Shown here: one piece after another, positions 14,378 to 27,811 of the stretch
Layout of the letters: each line of letters opens with the position of its first letter
Numbering within the stretch: position 1 is the first letter of the stretch
Source of the DNA: Lingula anatina
Lineage: Eukaryota; Animalia; Brachiopoda
Direction: 5' to 3'
Assembly (NCBI GenBank): GCA_051362555.1
Contig: CM120646.1
Span: forward strand, 20,336,001 to 20,400,000
DNA: 64,000 nucleotides
Position numbers and translations under genes: made by a program
The notes under the pieces: model-generated
What the model was told of the DNA's origin: nothing
What the model saw: only the letters and a program-made list of their open reading frames with translations
Databases searched by the model: none

Positions 14378-16852
14378 TGGCAACACGAAGTCCCAGTTTA
14401 TTTCTGCGACCTTTACCCACCAGGCATCATAAACACGTACGTGATAGCATCCTCGTGTACGTGAGTGTAAATGTAGTAGTTTATCTATACAGTCTGTCTA
14501 TAGCTCTACGTGTATTCACTGGACCAATTCCTCATGTACTCCGTGCATGTACGTTCTAATCCTTATGTGCGGGGACCACTGCTGTGCATACAGCAGTGCG
14601 TACATTGTACTGCATTGTACACACACCTGTGAATCACTCGCCCTACTTTTAGCTATTTTACCTCACTGTTTTCACGCTTAATCCGTTTGTATTGAAAGTC
14701 TGGAATAAATCAGGCCACACAAAGGGCACAGGTGCGTATGTGGAGGCGGGTCTGCGCCTCTCGATAAACAAAAGCGAGTTCGGCTTCACAAAAGTTATCT
14801 GTCGGAGGTTCTAGCAGGTCCTTACTTAAATCTATGTCTAATAGGAATCTGGGTGAATTATTGTCGAGGTGTATTTAGATATGCAGATGTGACCTGTCTC
14901 AAAAAGGAAGAAATGGCTTATTTTTTATTTTTGTACCTGCACTCTTGTAGATAAGATTGACTTCTAACGTCGACATGAATAAGTTTCTGATATTATTGAA
15001 AGATGTATTGAAACGTTAATGGAATACTAAATGCAATGATATATTATCATGATACAGCAACGTTTGTTATACCGTTAGCATCTGATACTTTGATATATAT
15101 GTTGATTTTGGTATATTTTGAATTAACATTTTATGTTCCAGTGGACTCAGTTAATATAAATATAAACAACACGACAAGAAATGTGGAGACAATTTTATTG
15201 AGTTCTACATTCCAGTAGTTGATCGTGCTCATTTCAACTTGTCGTATTGAAAAGGAGGCGTGATACCCACGTGACAGAAGTAACAAGAGGGATGCTCAGT
15301 AGAAGACATGAAAAGGCAGATTGATCATTGCTAAAAGAATACAAAAAATGTCCAATTGTAAGATGAGAGAGAGAGAGAGAGAGAGAGGGAGAAAAGAGAA
15401 GAGGGGGGACAGCAGGGCATCGGTGCAACAGCAGTCGACATATAAAACTTAGCACCGTATTACTTTTGACATTTAATGGCTACTTTTATCTACCATATAC
15501 ACCTTATTTACATATACAACTTGCTTACTTTCAGAATAACCCTTTGTAAGAAATTCCACCTCTTCACTACAGTATATGGAAGAGATAATCGGCCAGATAG
15601 TTGACCATATTTTTATAAACAACCTCGATAAATATAAAGAAACACTGGAACTCTCCGAAGCTTACAATATCGTCCAATTTGTTTATCAACATCGAATCTG
15701 GAGCAAAGCGTGTTGTTCTTGTCAGTTGCGTTCACAGCTCCTATGTTTGGCGCACAGCTACAATATACAACATAAGAGCGCTGTTTGATCTTCGTCCTAC
15801 ATTTTGCTCTGAAATCCGAGAGAAAAAGACATATTGAGAGAGAAAGAACGGGAACTGCCGTATACATTTTGTCTATTTACACTGAACACAGATGCTCTTT
15901 CCGGGTGGCTTTCTAGTTAATTATAGTAATAGAATGGAAGCTTCAGCCACTATTAATGACCCGACTAGTAAGCGCTTCCCACAATAGATATGAAAGACAT
16001 CCCAGCTCTCTACATCAGTTTTACACATTCTAGACTTCTCCAACTTCAAAGATGATAATTCCGGGAATATGAGGGATTTTTTTTCAAACGTTAATGAACT
16101 GATATCAACCGTGATGACATGCCAAATGACACCTTTCCCATTAGCGTTCATTGATAATCAAATTTTATGGACAGGTTCACATTAATGCAGCAAATTTCTG
16201 TTCACATGTGATATCTTTTTTCCCATTGTGACGGACCATATTCCGCCAGGCGACAGGCACGTGAAACTTCGTTATTACTACAGTGAACGAAGCACAGCTA
16301 CAGTGAAAGTTAGCGATGGCTGTCGCAAGGACCTAATTGACGCATAGCCACCAATCGTTTGAGTTCTGAATCGCTTCCATGTATATAACATATGAACAAA
16401 ATGGCAAAGAAGACATTAAGCGGCAGCTAGGCCTCCTTAATACACCATATACACGGTAGATAGCACTTTGCTCAGGGCTATGCAGTCCACCCCTTCCAAC
16501 CGCTCCTGTCTAAACGCGGTCCTTCTCAAATAATTCTACCTCACTGAAAATAACGTGGATCGCCACGCCAACATTCCTTGGGGAAACTTAGCGCTCGTCA
16601 CCATCGGTCCGAACGTAGAAAAGACACTGTATTCCAAGAGTGGTCCTTGGCCTCTACTGAATGATATAATAATGTATGTACAGAGATAACCGACACTGCA
16701 GTGCTGTCATACTGGGTTCAACATGTCAAGCAGTGCAGCCATTTCGGAAGCCACTCCGTTGGCTCGCTTGGAGGACTTGGATTCATCTGACATATTAGTA
16801 AGTTGTTAACTATAAGTCCCTTTCGGGCAGTCTGTGTGCGTTGGTTATCTGT

Positions 16853-19800
16853 CTATAAGAGCAGTTCTCTTGGAATCTGGCAGAAGACGGTGGTGAAGGC
16901 AATGGAGCTGGTTATGAAGAATACCCAGAAGAACAGACGGTCTAACAGACGCGCGAGGGTCGTCCACTCCTCGTGGCAGTTCGGAATAATGATCTGTTTG
17001 CCGTCCTCTCCGCACCAGCCGCACTTCATGTTTGGAGGACTCAAGGACCGGCCTTCAAACTCGTCCAGATCGTACTTGGCGTTGCCGTTCCCAAACTTGG
17101 ACATCTCGTAGTTTGTGGTGCGCCGCTTTTTGCCGCGTTTGCATCTCCTCAGCAGGTTCATGATCCATTTGGGCGGCGGGGAGTTGGAGTCCTTCTTGAA
17201 GTAGACGTTGGTGACCAGAACTGCCATGACCAGGGAGATGAAAATCATGGTCATGCTCACCCCCAGGATCATATCTGGATAGAAGGAAAGCAACTTTGGT
17301 TTTAATGGGAATTGTACAGAATGCGTCATCATACAAATTCAGCTATAAGGCTATAAATTGAAAATAGCAGTCTGGTGTACTGGTACATGCTATCTGAGTT
17401 CACATGAGTGCAATTATAGTCATGAAGGGGGAGGGGGTTGCAAGGTGAATGAATCTGCCGATGGAGGTGACTATCAACTACCTTATTCCAATATTCCTCT
17501 TGTAATATCTAAATCTTTAAAAGCACTTTGCTGTGATAGGCTACAACAAATAAACGGACAATGACAACTTCGTTTTGTAAAACTACTTGTTATGTATATA
17601 TACGAGTTCTACACTCATGAGTGCCGGACTTCAAAATAATTTACGTACCTAGGAAAGGTATGGCGTCAGGCGTAGGGGGTAGGTTTTGACTGATGAACAT
17701 CAGGAAGACAACAAGGGCCAGCAAAATGGTGATCTCCAAGTTCACCTTCTCTCCGGACTCCACGGGTAAGAAGAATCCGAACAGGGACGCCAAGTAGATC
17801 AGGATACAGGGGAACACGAGGTTGTAGATATAGAACAGACTTCGACGCTTAAGATGCAGCGTAATTGTGACGTCAGGATAGGGCTCAGCGCAGCAGGCGT
17901 ACATGGCGACGTGGCGCTCTGACGTAATGTCATTCACCAGCCACTCCTGGTTTTCCGGACGGTAGTAATTGATGTTCTTAAATTCTTCGTCGTCCGTCAG
18001 GTTGAGCTCGAAGCCGCTGTACGTCCAGGATATGAAGGTGATTTCACACTGCTGGGCGTCAAATGGGAAATAGCGTACGTTCAGCGTACAGTAAGTTTTG
18101 ATAACTGCCGGATACATCCACAGAATGCTGCCATCAGAGCTGACGATTGCGTTGGTTGAGGCACCGGAAATGGCGAAGCTGTCGTCTGCGCTGATGAAGA
18201 GAATTGGATAAATGGCATGAAATCCTTTAAAATTGCTTATATCGGACAGTGTTTTGAAGTCACATAAATTATATGAAGACATAATACACATTTAGATGGA
18301 AAAGACAACGTGCTAATGCCATGCCAAATAAATCGCACTGTCATTACATAGAGATAGGCCTATATTTTAGATCTGTTAATTTTGATGACTGTTGTACTTG
18401 ACCAATTTAGCAACAAAATTATTTTAGTCAAAGGCATTTTTTCCAATGTTCAGGAGATGATGTTCCTTTCCTCCGGGGAAATATCTTCTAGTATGAACCT
18501 TTTTTTCACTCGAAAACGATCTGCAGAATGCGTTTACTGACATTTTGTTTTTGTCACGTTTCACACCAAGTATTACAGTGCCAAAATACATTTAACGGCG
18601 TCAATTATATTGCCAAGCCTCTCCACCAACGGGTGATACGTTACGTAATTCCCCTCTGCATCAACCAAATTAATGTTATATTCGCCGACTTTATTCCCTT
18701 GAAAACAGGACTATAGCCTATATGCATTTTATCATTTGACTATAGGGATACCTTCAGGAAATCATCATTGGAATAAAATCATTTCGTCTTTATAATACTT
18801 AACACCAATCACCGACCACTTTAAATTTTCTTTTAATTAAAATTCTAAACCAGTTTGTTGCTACGCATAAAATGTTCTGCATTTCAATTATTCCCGTTTC
18901 GGCCCAGTGGACACCCGTAGTCATGATTCTCTCAGATATGCACTTTCCGAGATATCTGTATAATGCATGATACCAGAATCTTTTATTCCGCCTTCAGTAA
19001 TTTGATTGTGTAATAACATGTAGTTTCACGCTGTCATTATTTCCATTCCATTAGAACGAGAAGTGTTGCTTTTTTTGTGATTTATCTACAAATTCATTAT
19101 TTTGTACTGACACCGTGGAAAACAAAGTACATGTATATGAGTCGCTGTGGGATGAATTAAGGTTTTTATAATTACGACTCTTCCCAAGGCGGTTGATGAC
19201 TGAAAATACCATAGTGACATAATTATGTCGAATCTGAGTTTCTCTCATTTCTCTGATTTTTTCAACCATTTTCTGTACAATCACCGAAAATCAATTTCTA
19301 AGATTTTGACAATTTTTAAAAAACATCACCAATACAATCAAGTTTTAACTTTTTGTATTTCATGATATTAATTATTATTATCATGATTAATATTTTTGTT
19401 GTTGTTTTTATTTAGCTACTGAACAAATTTAATTTTTATTTTACTTTTGTAGACCATGAAATTATGAAAAGTCACGAAAAACTTTGTTGACTTTGAAACT
19501 TTTTCAGTCCTATCTAAGAAATGGCCATGTCATCGACATGTTGAGAAATTAAGAATGTCCGATTATTTATTATGAAAACTTATATATGACTACCCTTTCA
19601 CTGCGCTTTGTACGAAGAGGTCGGGGAAAAGTCCCTCTGGCGGCAGCCATAAGAAACTTAAAAGAAAGAGGAGGCAAAAACCATTAACCAACACGCTAGA
19701 AGAGGATTCCTTGAGGAAAGGTTTTATCCATTTTATTATTGATTTTTGTAAAACAGACGAATTCGAAGTTTTGTTAATTAAATTCCAGTCAATTAAATCA

Positions 19801-22757
19801 AAAGTCCCCGCAAAATAGACTTGCCTTAACAGCGGTCAGGTATTTTATGTAGTGGTGGTAAATGATGGCAACGCTTTTAAAAAACCTTTGATACGATTCC
19901 TTATACACATCGATGCAAGTTTGTACGCCACATTTAGTATTGACATTTTATCTTGCTTTTTACTAAATGGGCAAGCTTAACTTGTTCTGGTGGCCTTGGT
20001 ACTGTTGGCAAGATAATCCCATCATTTTGCATGGAGCTATTCAGAACAGATGATCCGAGTACTAAATATGGCCGACCCCACTTTAAAAGCGATGCCGCTG
20101 ATTACCGATGGTCTCCCCGCCTCCACACGCACCATTGAACGCCTTAAATCTCGGCTCCGGGGTTTAGGTGCAAGGTCCCTGCAGCGACGGCGCAGGTGGA
20201 GGCGGGGAGACCATGATGGAATTAGCGGTTGGGCTTTTGAAGTGGGGTCGGCCATATTTAGTTGGTGGATCAGTTAGTACTCGGATCACTTATTCTGAAT
20301 GGCCCCTATTTCTAAGGAAATGAACGGTTTATGTTATACATGGGCATGTATAACATAAATAAATGGTGTCATTTTGATGAAGCAAAACATAAATTGAAAT
20401 TTAATTTGATAATATTACGTAATTCTACTTTTGTTATGATTATGCGAGAAACCATGCAGCTGCAGTGTTACATTGCGTCCGTCGGTCTATAGACAAATAG
20501 TTGCAGAGAGCGATAGTGATATATTAGGGATATCTTCTTCATGAGAGGAAACTGTAGAACGCTTTGTGCGTACTTACTTATTGTTGATGACGACGTCTGG
20601 CACCCATATCTGATTGGCTGGAACCCAGATCCGCTCCCTACCGTATTCTGACTGGTTCCACGTCAAGTGCTCATCCCTCCAGCGCTGGAAAGAACGCGTG
20701 GATTTAAATAATAGAATAGAATGGAATAGCGATGAAGGATTCATTTTGTAAACTGTTTTATACGCCTCACTAGGATCGGGTGCTAGAATTAACCTTACTA
20801 TTCTTTCCTATTTCGCTTAAAGTAGATATGCACGAATATATGTATACACAAATAAATGGAATTAAATGACAGAACACACAGGCCTGAATATTTGAAACTT
20901 ATTAGATGATGAGTGATCAGTTGCTCTCTTGCTGAAATATTGCATCATACTCTTTCTTAAATTGCCAGAGTGATGCATTTAAAAACAACTTGGATGAACA
21001 AGTCTCTATAACATTCCTTGAAATGTCTTACGTTTCAACAAACGTAGGAAAAATAACTTACCAATCGAATGGACAGCAGTGCCTGTATTGTTTGGAACTT
21101 CTCGTCCTACGAATGATAAAGAATAAAACAGCTTAAAACATATTGTAGCGGGTGATTGGGATCGTGCACTGAGAAAGCCTGTACCATACAGTCATATATG
21201 GCGGACCTTTTTGCATAGTGGATGGGGATTAAGGGTATAAAAAATTAGACCCACTTCGCTCAGCAAATATAAAAAGAAGACAAGGGCAAATTTACTATAA
21301 TACATAGGGCACAGAGATGGACATGGGCTAGGAAGGGAAAGTAGGAAGGGGGAGCCTCGGAAGTCAAGGGTGGGGCATGTGTCCGTTTCTCCGCTCCTTG
21401 TTTTAGCGCTTTTCACACACTCCCTTTTACCCTTAATAACTAAGAAAACCCATATCCGAACCGTCCAAAAATCAGAACTTCCGATTTTTAAATTCTCAAG
21501 CTTTAATTGTTGGGTCATTATCGTAATGGTGATGGGAACTTGCGGATTCCAATTGTGACCGTAACAATAAGAAATTAGAACTCGAAAACAGGTTTATATA
21601 TTTGTCAGTCGTCTTTTTCTCGGCGGTTTCAGACAGACTATTGCTTTTTTGTTGTAATTTCCAGTACTTTTTTTTAGCAAGATAAATGTCTAATTTGTGT
21701 GCCTTTAACTACCAGTAAAACACCATTGGCTCAAATATCTACTGAATTAACGCGCCGGATCCAGCGCTTGTTACGTAGGGCCTTAGATTTCCGCGTGCAA
21801 TCAACAGGCATTAAGTGCTCAGAGTACTGGGGCTATTACCGAGGTCAGCTTATTATACCACGCTATTTTCTTCTTCATCACCGTTATTCATGTAACGACG
21901 AATCAAATCCAATTGACAGCAAACATTGCTGCGGTAACATGGGCCAAATAGGAGTTTGATTAATTGTACATGGGCTAGGAAATCGACTTAGTAAAAGGCA
22001 AAAACATAGGGTGAGGAGTTATTGAGTAGTTGATGCTATTCTCACAGGACCCGTTATATAAACTGCTGCGTTTTAAATGCATACGTTAAACCTTTCTACA
22101 GCAAAATATTCAATTTTTTCACCAAAGTGCACCATATCCAAAACTGCATGCTCACAGAGTTACTTTCGTAATGGAGGAGGACAGGCGGCTTTAACTCGTG
22201 ACGGTAAAAACAGAAACTTTGACCACCAAAACCGGTTTATAGATCTTCAATTTCCCAACAGTTTTTTTTTCATAGGATGTTCTTTGGATAAATGAAAAAT
22301 TGCTGACAGGAAATAGTTATTGTTTTGCTGTATAAAAATCCAGTAAGATCTGTAAAATTGAGGCGCAGATGGACTTGACAATTCCAAGTAAAAAGATATG
22401 TCAACATGCCTAACCTAAACCACCATTATGTAAAACCCAGTAATTGTCATTAAATGGGAGTCATTGGCACCGTACCAAGCGTTTGGGATTTTAGCGCTTA
22501 CAACGTTCAATTGGGAATACAAACCCTTTACAATGAGACATAATCAATAAAAAGATACCAGCTACTAGCGGTTTATTTCGCTTTTTAAATAGTGTTTTAA
22601 CCACATCTAACCAATTATAGACATATATGTTACACTGTAAGTGTGTATTACTCATATTCTCGCTGCATCATGATGTTTCACATGGTCGTGTCAACAGCCA
22701 AGGACGATTATAACAATAAAGCAGAAAGACTGGCCAGAGACATTTTGAGCCGATTCC

Positions 22758-22816
<59 letters not shown>

Positions 22817-25800
22817 TTTTGTTTTAAATCCTCCAGTGGGTAACGAAACATTATAGTGGAGTTGGGTCGCCATGGTGACAAATTCAACATATTGAGTGTT
22901 GTGTATCACCTGGAACCCATACTGGGTACATCATGGGGACAGCACAAGTTTCAGCTTTGTGTTCCTGCAGCATTATCCACTCAATATCTTCGAAATTTCA
23001 GTATCACATATTATGGTTGAGTTAGGACCTATTATACAGGTTTGTTTTATTGGTCCAATGGTTGCAGTAGAGAAAAAAGACCTGGTCATTTGGTAGTGCT
23101 GGTCATTGCGAGTGCTAATTTCTTTTCCATTGCTTTTAGATCGCACATTAAAAAAGCATCTGGACTTAAATTACCAATTTCTCAAAAACAACGATTATGC
23201 ATATATTATACTCCGTATATTGCCCCTAGAAAATGTGCAAGGAATTAATTAACCTTTTAACGGTTGCGAATTTCACACAAGGGCATGCTTTGTTAATAAT
23301 TTGATTTTATGCAATTGATTATTTGTATTTAAGAGCAAATTTAAATAGGAAAATGGATGATAGATAAGAAGAAAAGGGGACAGAGCGGTGCTTGATATGG
23401 AGACTTGTTTCCATACATTCGGCCTGGTATTTTCTAAATGAGGGGTGAATGGTTTGATTTACTAATAGATAGCAGGAGAGACAGATATCGTCTAATACAT
23501 ACTGTTTTTAAATCGACATAGCGATAAACCTAAGTGAATTGCTCCGTATGTAGTTTTCACCAAATAGTGAAAAATTGTTTTCTGCCTTAAGTATATGCAT
23601 ACGGCGTATACGCAGCATACAAACGGGTTTTGTAATATAAATTATTTGATTCAAACAACATAGTCGCAATCTTTTTTTTTTTCAAATTAGCCAATACTGC
23701 ATGGACTTCCCTTTTTGGATTATACATCTGATCAATCTTTGGGAAATGCAAAGTTGCTTGTTGCAATTTTAAGACGTTCCAAATCAACAATGGCATCCTG
23801 TTGTCCCCAGGCGACCGTTTACATCGATAGCATTTCTTTTTTTTTGCAATCAAATGCAAACCAGAATCCTGTACATACATCAAAGTTGTCATCCTGGAAC
23901 AGCTAAAACAAATGCTCTTCTTTGATGACATTGTATTTATATTGTGAGAAAAGTTAGGCTTTTCATAATGGGTACAGTTGTATCCCCGCCATCCGAACGA
24001 TATGCCGTCAATTTGACGTGTACTGTTATAAATAGAAACTCTACAACCAAGGCGCATATAGTCGTACAGTTGTACAATTTCGAGAACACTGACAACCGCT
24101 CTCTGTAGGTTTCTACATCTATGGCAATGTCGTATTTTACAAACTGATACACTGAACTGAAATTTCCCACAATCAATGTTTTTCTAATTTTTTCCGATCT
24201 GCTGAATATCGAATCAAAGATATGATGTCTGAAAATCAATCTGTTTCTTGTTAGGTGGGTGGTTAACTTGGAGATAAACTTTTGCTTTCATTATTCCTCA
24301 GCAAAGCCATTGTTTTGAAAAAGTATCCGTTTTCCGCGAAATCTTGTCCCGCTAACATGCCAATGTTGCGAAAACTGATGTCCTGAGAATGAAATGATAG
24401 TGTGAAAAGTGGAGAGAGTCATTTCTAGGAAATCTACTACATTTAGTCGGGACAATAACAAGTGAGGTTCAGAGCAACTACTCACCGTGTCAAGAATGTG
24501 GTACAGAGATATGGCTATTTTGATATTGATGGCTGTGCTGTCGTTCTTCACGGGCCGAGTGGACCTGTCGTACCGTTCCAGTAACATCTTCTTGATCCTG
24601 TACTCCTGTGACGCGGTGAACGGTCTCTCGGCACACACGGAGTGCAGCGCTGCAATGACAATATGGTGTGAAGCAGTTAACAACGGTTAGGACATCGTTA
24701 AAATGACTATTTATCGGTTGTTTGCTATTCAACATTCCCTCTCTCCCTCTCCCACCATCCCTCTCTTCATCCCTCCTCCCCTCTCTCACTCTCTCTCTCT
24801 ATATATCCCTATCCCTCTCTCTCCTCTCTCTCTCTCTCTTTAACACACACACAGACACTTTATAAACCTTTCCTCTTACATTTTCAACATAAAATGCAAC
24901 GATACATGAAATTTCAACAATTCTGTAAGCAAAATATACCGTCAATTCTATGTTAGCCTAAATGTCTTTAGTTAATCTGATCAAGACAGTCTCTTCATAA
25001 GTCACCGGTGAAAACCATGAATATGAGTCGATCGAGTTATTGGGTTCGGATACATTCTAGATGTGTAAAAGTCGCTATATTACTAAATTACATTTACATA
25101 TTAGATTACACCAATTTATGGTGTAACGGACCCCGTGCCATAGCCATTGTAGGCAAAATCGTGACCTTGGATTTGATCCACTTTAATGGTTTGCATATCA
25201 AACAGTGGACTCCACTGGCGAGTGTCTTCGGGGTACAGATTAAATTAACCTTCGTGTCGTTATCCTGCGTGAAATTGATGAATGACAGTTGTGTCATCAG
25301 GATTATTAACTACTCATCTCAGGCAGACTGTCTGCTGCTTGTTTTGTGCCGTACTCTACCACGAGTGTTTTGGGGAAATCCGTATTTTGGTGACAACGCT
25401 ACAGGAGAAGTGTCAAAACTCTGGATTTGATACTTGGACATTTTACGGCCGGACAGTCAGACCCCCCCCCCCCCCCGAACCCCAATAGGCTAATAGGCGA
25501 TTCTACCCAGACAATATTTTTACTACACAATGCAAACTGAATCATTTCCCCAAACATGACCATCTCTAGTGTTAAAGACATTTTCTCGACAGCGACATTA
25601 GTCGATTTGAGGTATTGAACATTTATCCGGTTTATATATTTACATACATGTATAAGAAAATATGTTTTATAGTGGTTACATTGTGTTCTCGTACGTCAGA
25701 CATTTCAAACGATTTATCATTATATACTGAAAATATTTTATCGGTAATAGTTTCATCATTAAATCGTATGTTTCCCATACGTTCACCGCATCACTTATTA

Positions 25801-27758
25801 AAACGCTATTTTTATTTGAATGCCACCAGTATTTTTCATGGTCACATAAATGTACGTTCACGTTTCCTGTGTATCGGATAAGACTTGAAATGGTGTTCCC
25901 AAGGGGTCTTGAAAAGGGCAGACGCATAACTGTTGAGAGAACGTGTTTCTATACGCGTGTGTACAAAAAGGAATACGTGCGGTTGTTGATTCTTTCCATA
26001 ACTGTCAGCCGTTCATATCGGCCATCATATTATATGCATATAGAAGCATTTCACAGTTAGAGGGGTCTAAATAGTTGATTAACAATCGCAATTGTTGGTT
26101 ATCAACTAAAGATGGATAAATGGGAATGATTTGATATTACTGAGAGTTTAAGTTTAAAAGACTTTTATTGGAGGTGCTTGCGAAGATGGAAATTAGATGA
26201 GGAAATGTATTAAGTTAACATAATCAGATAATCTATTGGCATTTGATTGAAGAGGTTACTCTGGGATATTTCAATGTTATGCCATAAAAAATGTAGTATA
26301 AATGTCGAATCGCACATGTGTAAGATAAATTGCTTTCCCAGCGCATGAGAAAATTGTCCAGGAGAATATTGTTGGGCAGGGTGGTGGTGTTGGTGGTGTT
26401 GGTAGGGGGTCGAGGGGGGGGCAGTCTTTTCTGTAGCAAAAATATAAATTGTAAAACGGCTCCGGTTGATCCTTTACTAGTCAGAAACTCCCAGGGGAAA
26501 ACTGAACCGGAAAGGGGGAGTCGAGGGACTACTGGAATTGTCCTTAAATTCTATGAGTTTTCCACGAACTAGAAGCACAGCACAGTTTCATTTCAAGTGA
26601 TATTCTGTCTTGCAGCCTATCAATTTCAAGCATCTGACGCAGGCAGACAAATTAGATAATGTTATCTGCGGAGAATCAAATTGAGTTTTGCAATCATTTC
26701 CAGATAAGCAGAAGGAAATGTAATACAGGTCTTGTATATATATTTGATAAAGGAACGGATAACGCAGATTTCATCTGCCCGATGTGTCAATAAAGAGAAC
26801 GCTCATGTTCCAGTGACGTAGTCAAATCAAAGATACTTGAATTAAAATTGGCAGTGGGTATCTAAGATACTGAAAACGAATCGGTTACATCTAAAAACAT
26901 GTAAAGTCATATAAGTGCGCATGCAATGCATGTAAAGGCGCCATTGGATCTTCAGATGAGGAACGGAGTCGCGGGCAGTGTTGACTTTTGCCGAGTGTCT
27001 GTTACTGCACATCATATGTGAAGTATAATAGTTTTAAGTATAATATTGCACAACATTTTTTTCATGAAACTGTTTTCATGTTTTCGTAAACTGAAAAGGC
27101 TCGAAAAGCTAAGCCGGGTCGGTGGAACTTTCCATTGTTTTAGTGCAACGAATGACTTTCCCCGTCCGTTCTCTTATCACCCGCGCCAGCTTTGCTTTTA
27201 TCCCCCCCAAATCCCGGAGACATACGGTGTTCATGTTAAATGACGGCCTTGCTTTAAATGCACAGTATCACGTGACACATTTTACTTAATGTCTACCGCA
27301 GTCAATTTTAAACTGTTAGGTTTTTAAGGAAAAAAATAACAACGCAATGCTTTATTAATTATCGACAAAAGAGATCTCGGTGAAACTTTTTGGATTGGAT
27401 ACAATATTTGTCATTTTGAAAATAAGTAACGGAAACGGTTTGAAAAGTTGTTCAGTATAAATAAATAAATAAATAGGTATCAGTTATCGCTGTTACTGTC
27501 TTATGTCACAATGCGGGAGCTCGGAACGACTCTCCTGGCGACTTGCCTCAAAATGGCCCACGGATCGCTTCTCGTTAATTGGGAGCAACCTAATCTTCAA
27601 CAATGAAATCAAACTGCCGATATAAACCGAATTATAGAAAGAGATACCCCTATGGCTATCGACATGTTTGTCACACTTATTAACACAGAGTTCAAGAGTG
27701 ATTGATGATAGTAAATAGTGGTCACACTGTCAATAAAGGGAAAATAAACGTATCCTAA

Positions 27759-27811
<53 letters not shown>

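Noticed and set aside
22097-22332. Possible MITE with TACAGCAAAA/TTTTGCTGTA ends
   Set aside because: Only about 10 bp of inverted match and no second copy in the window.
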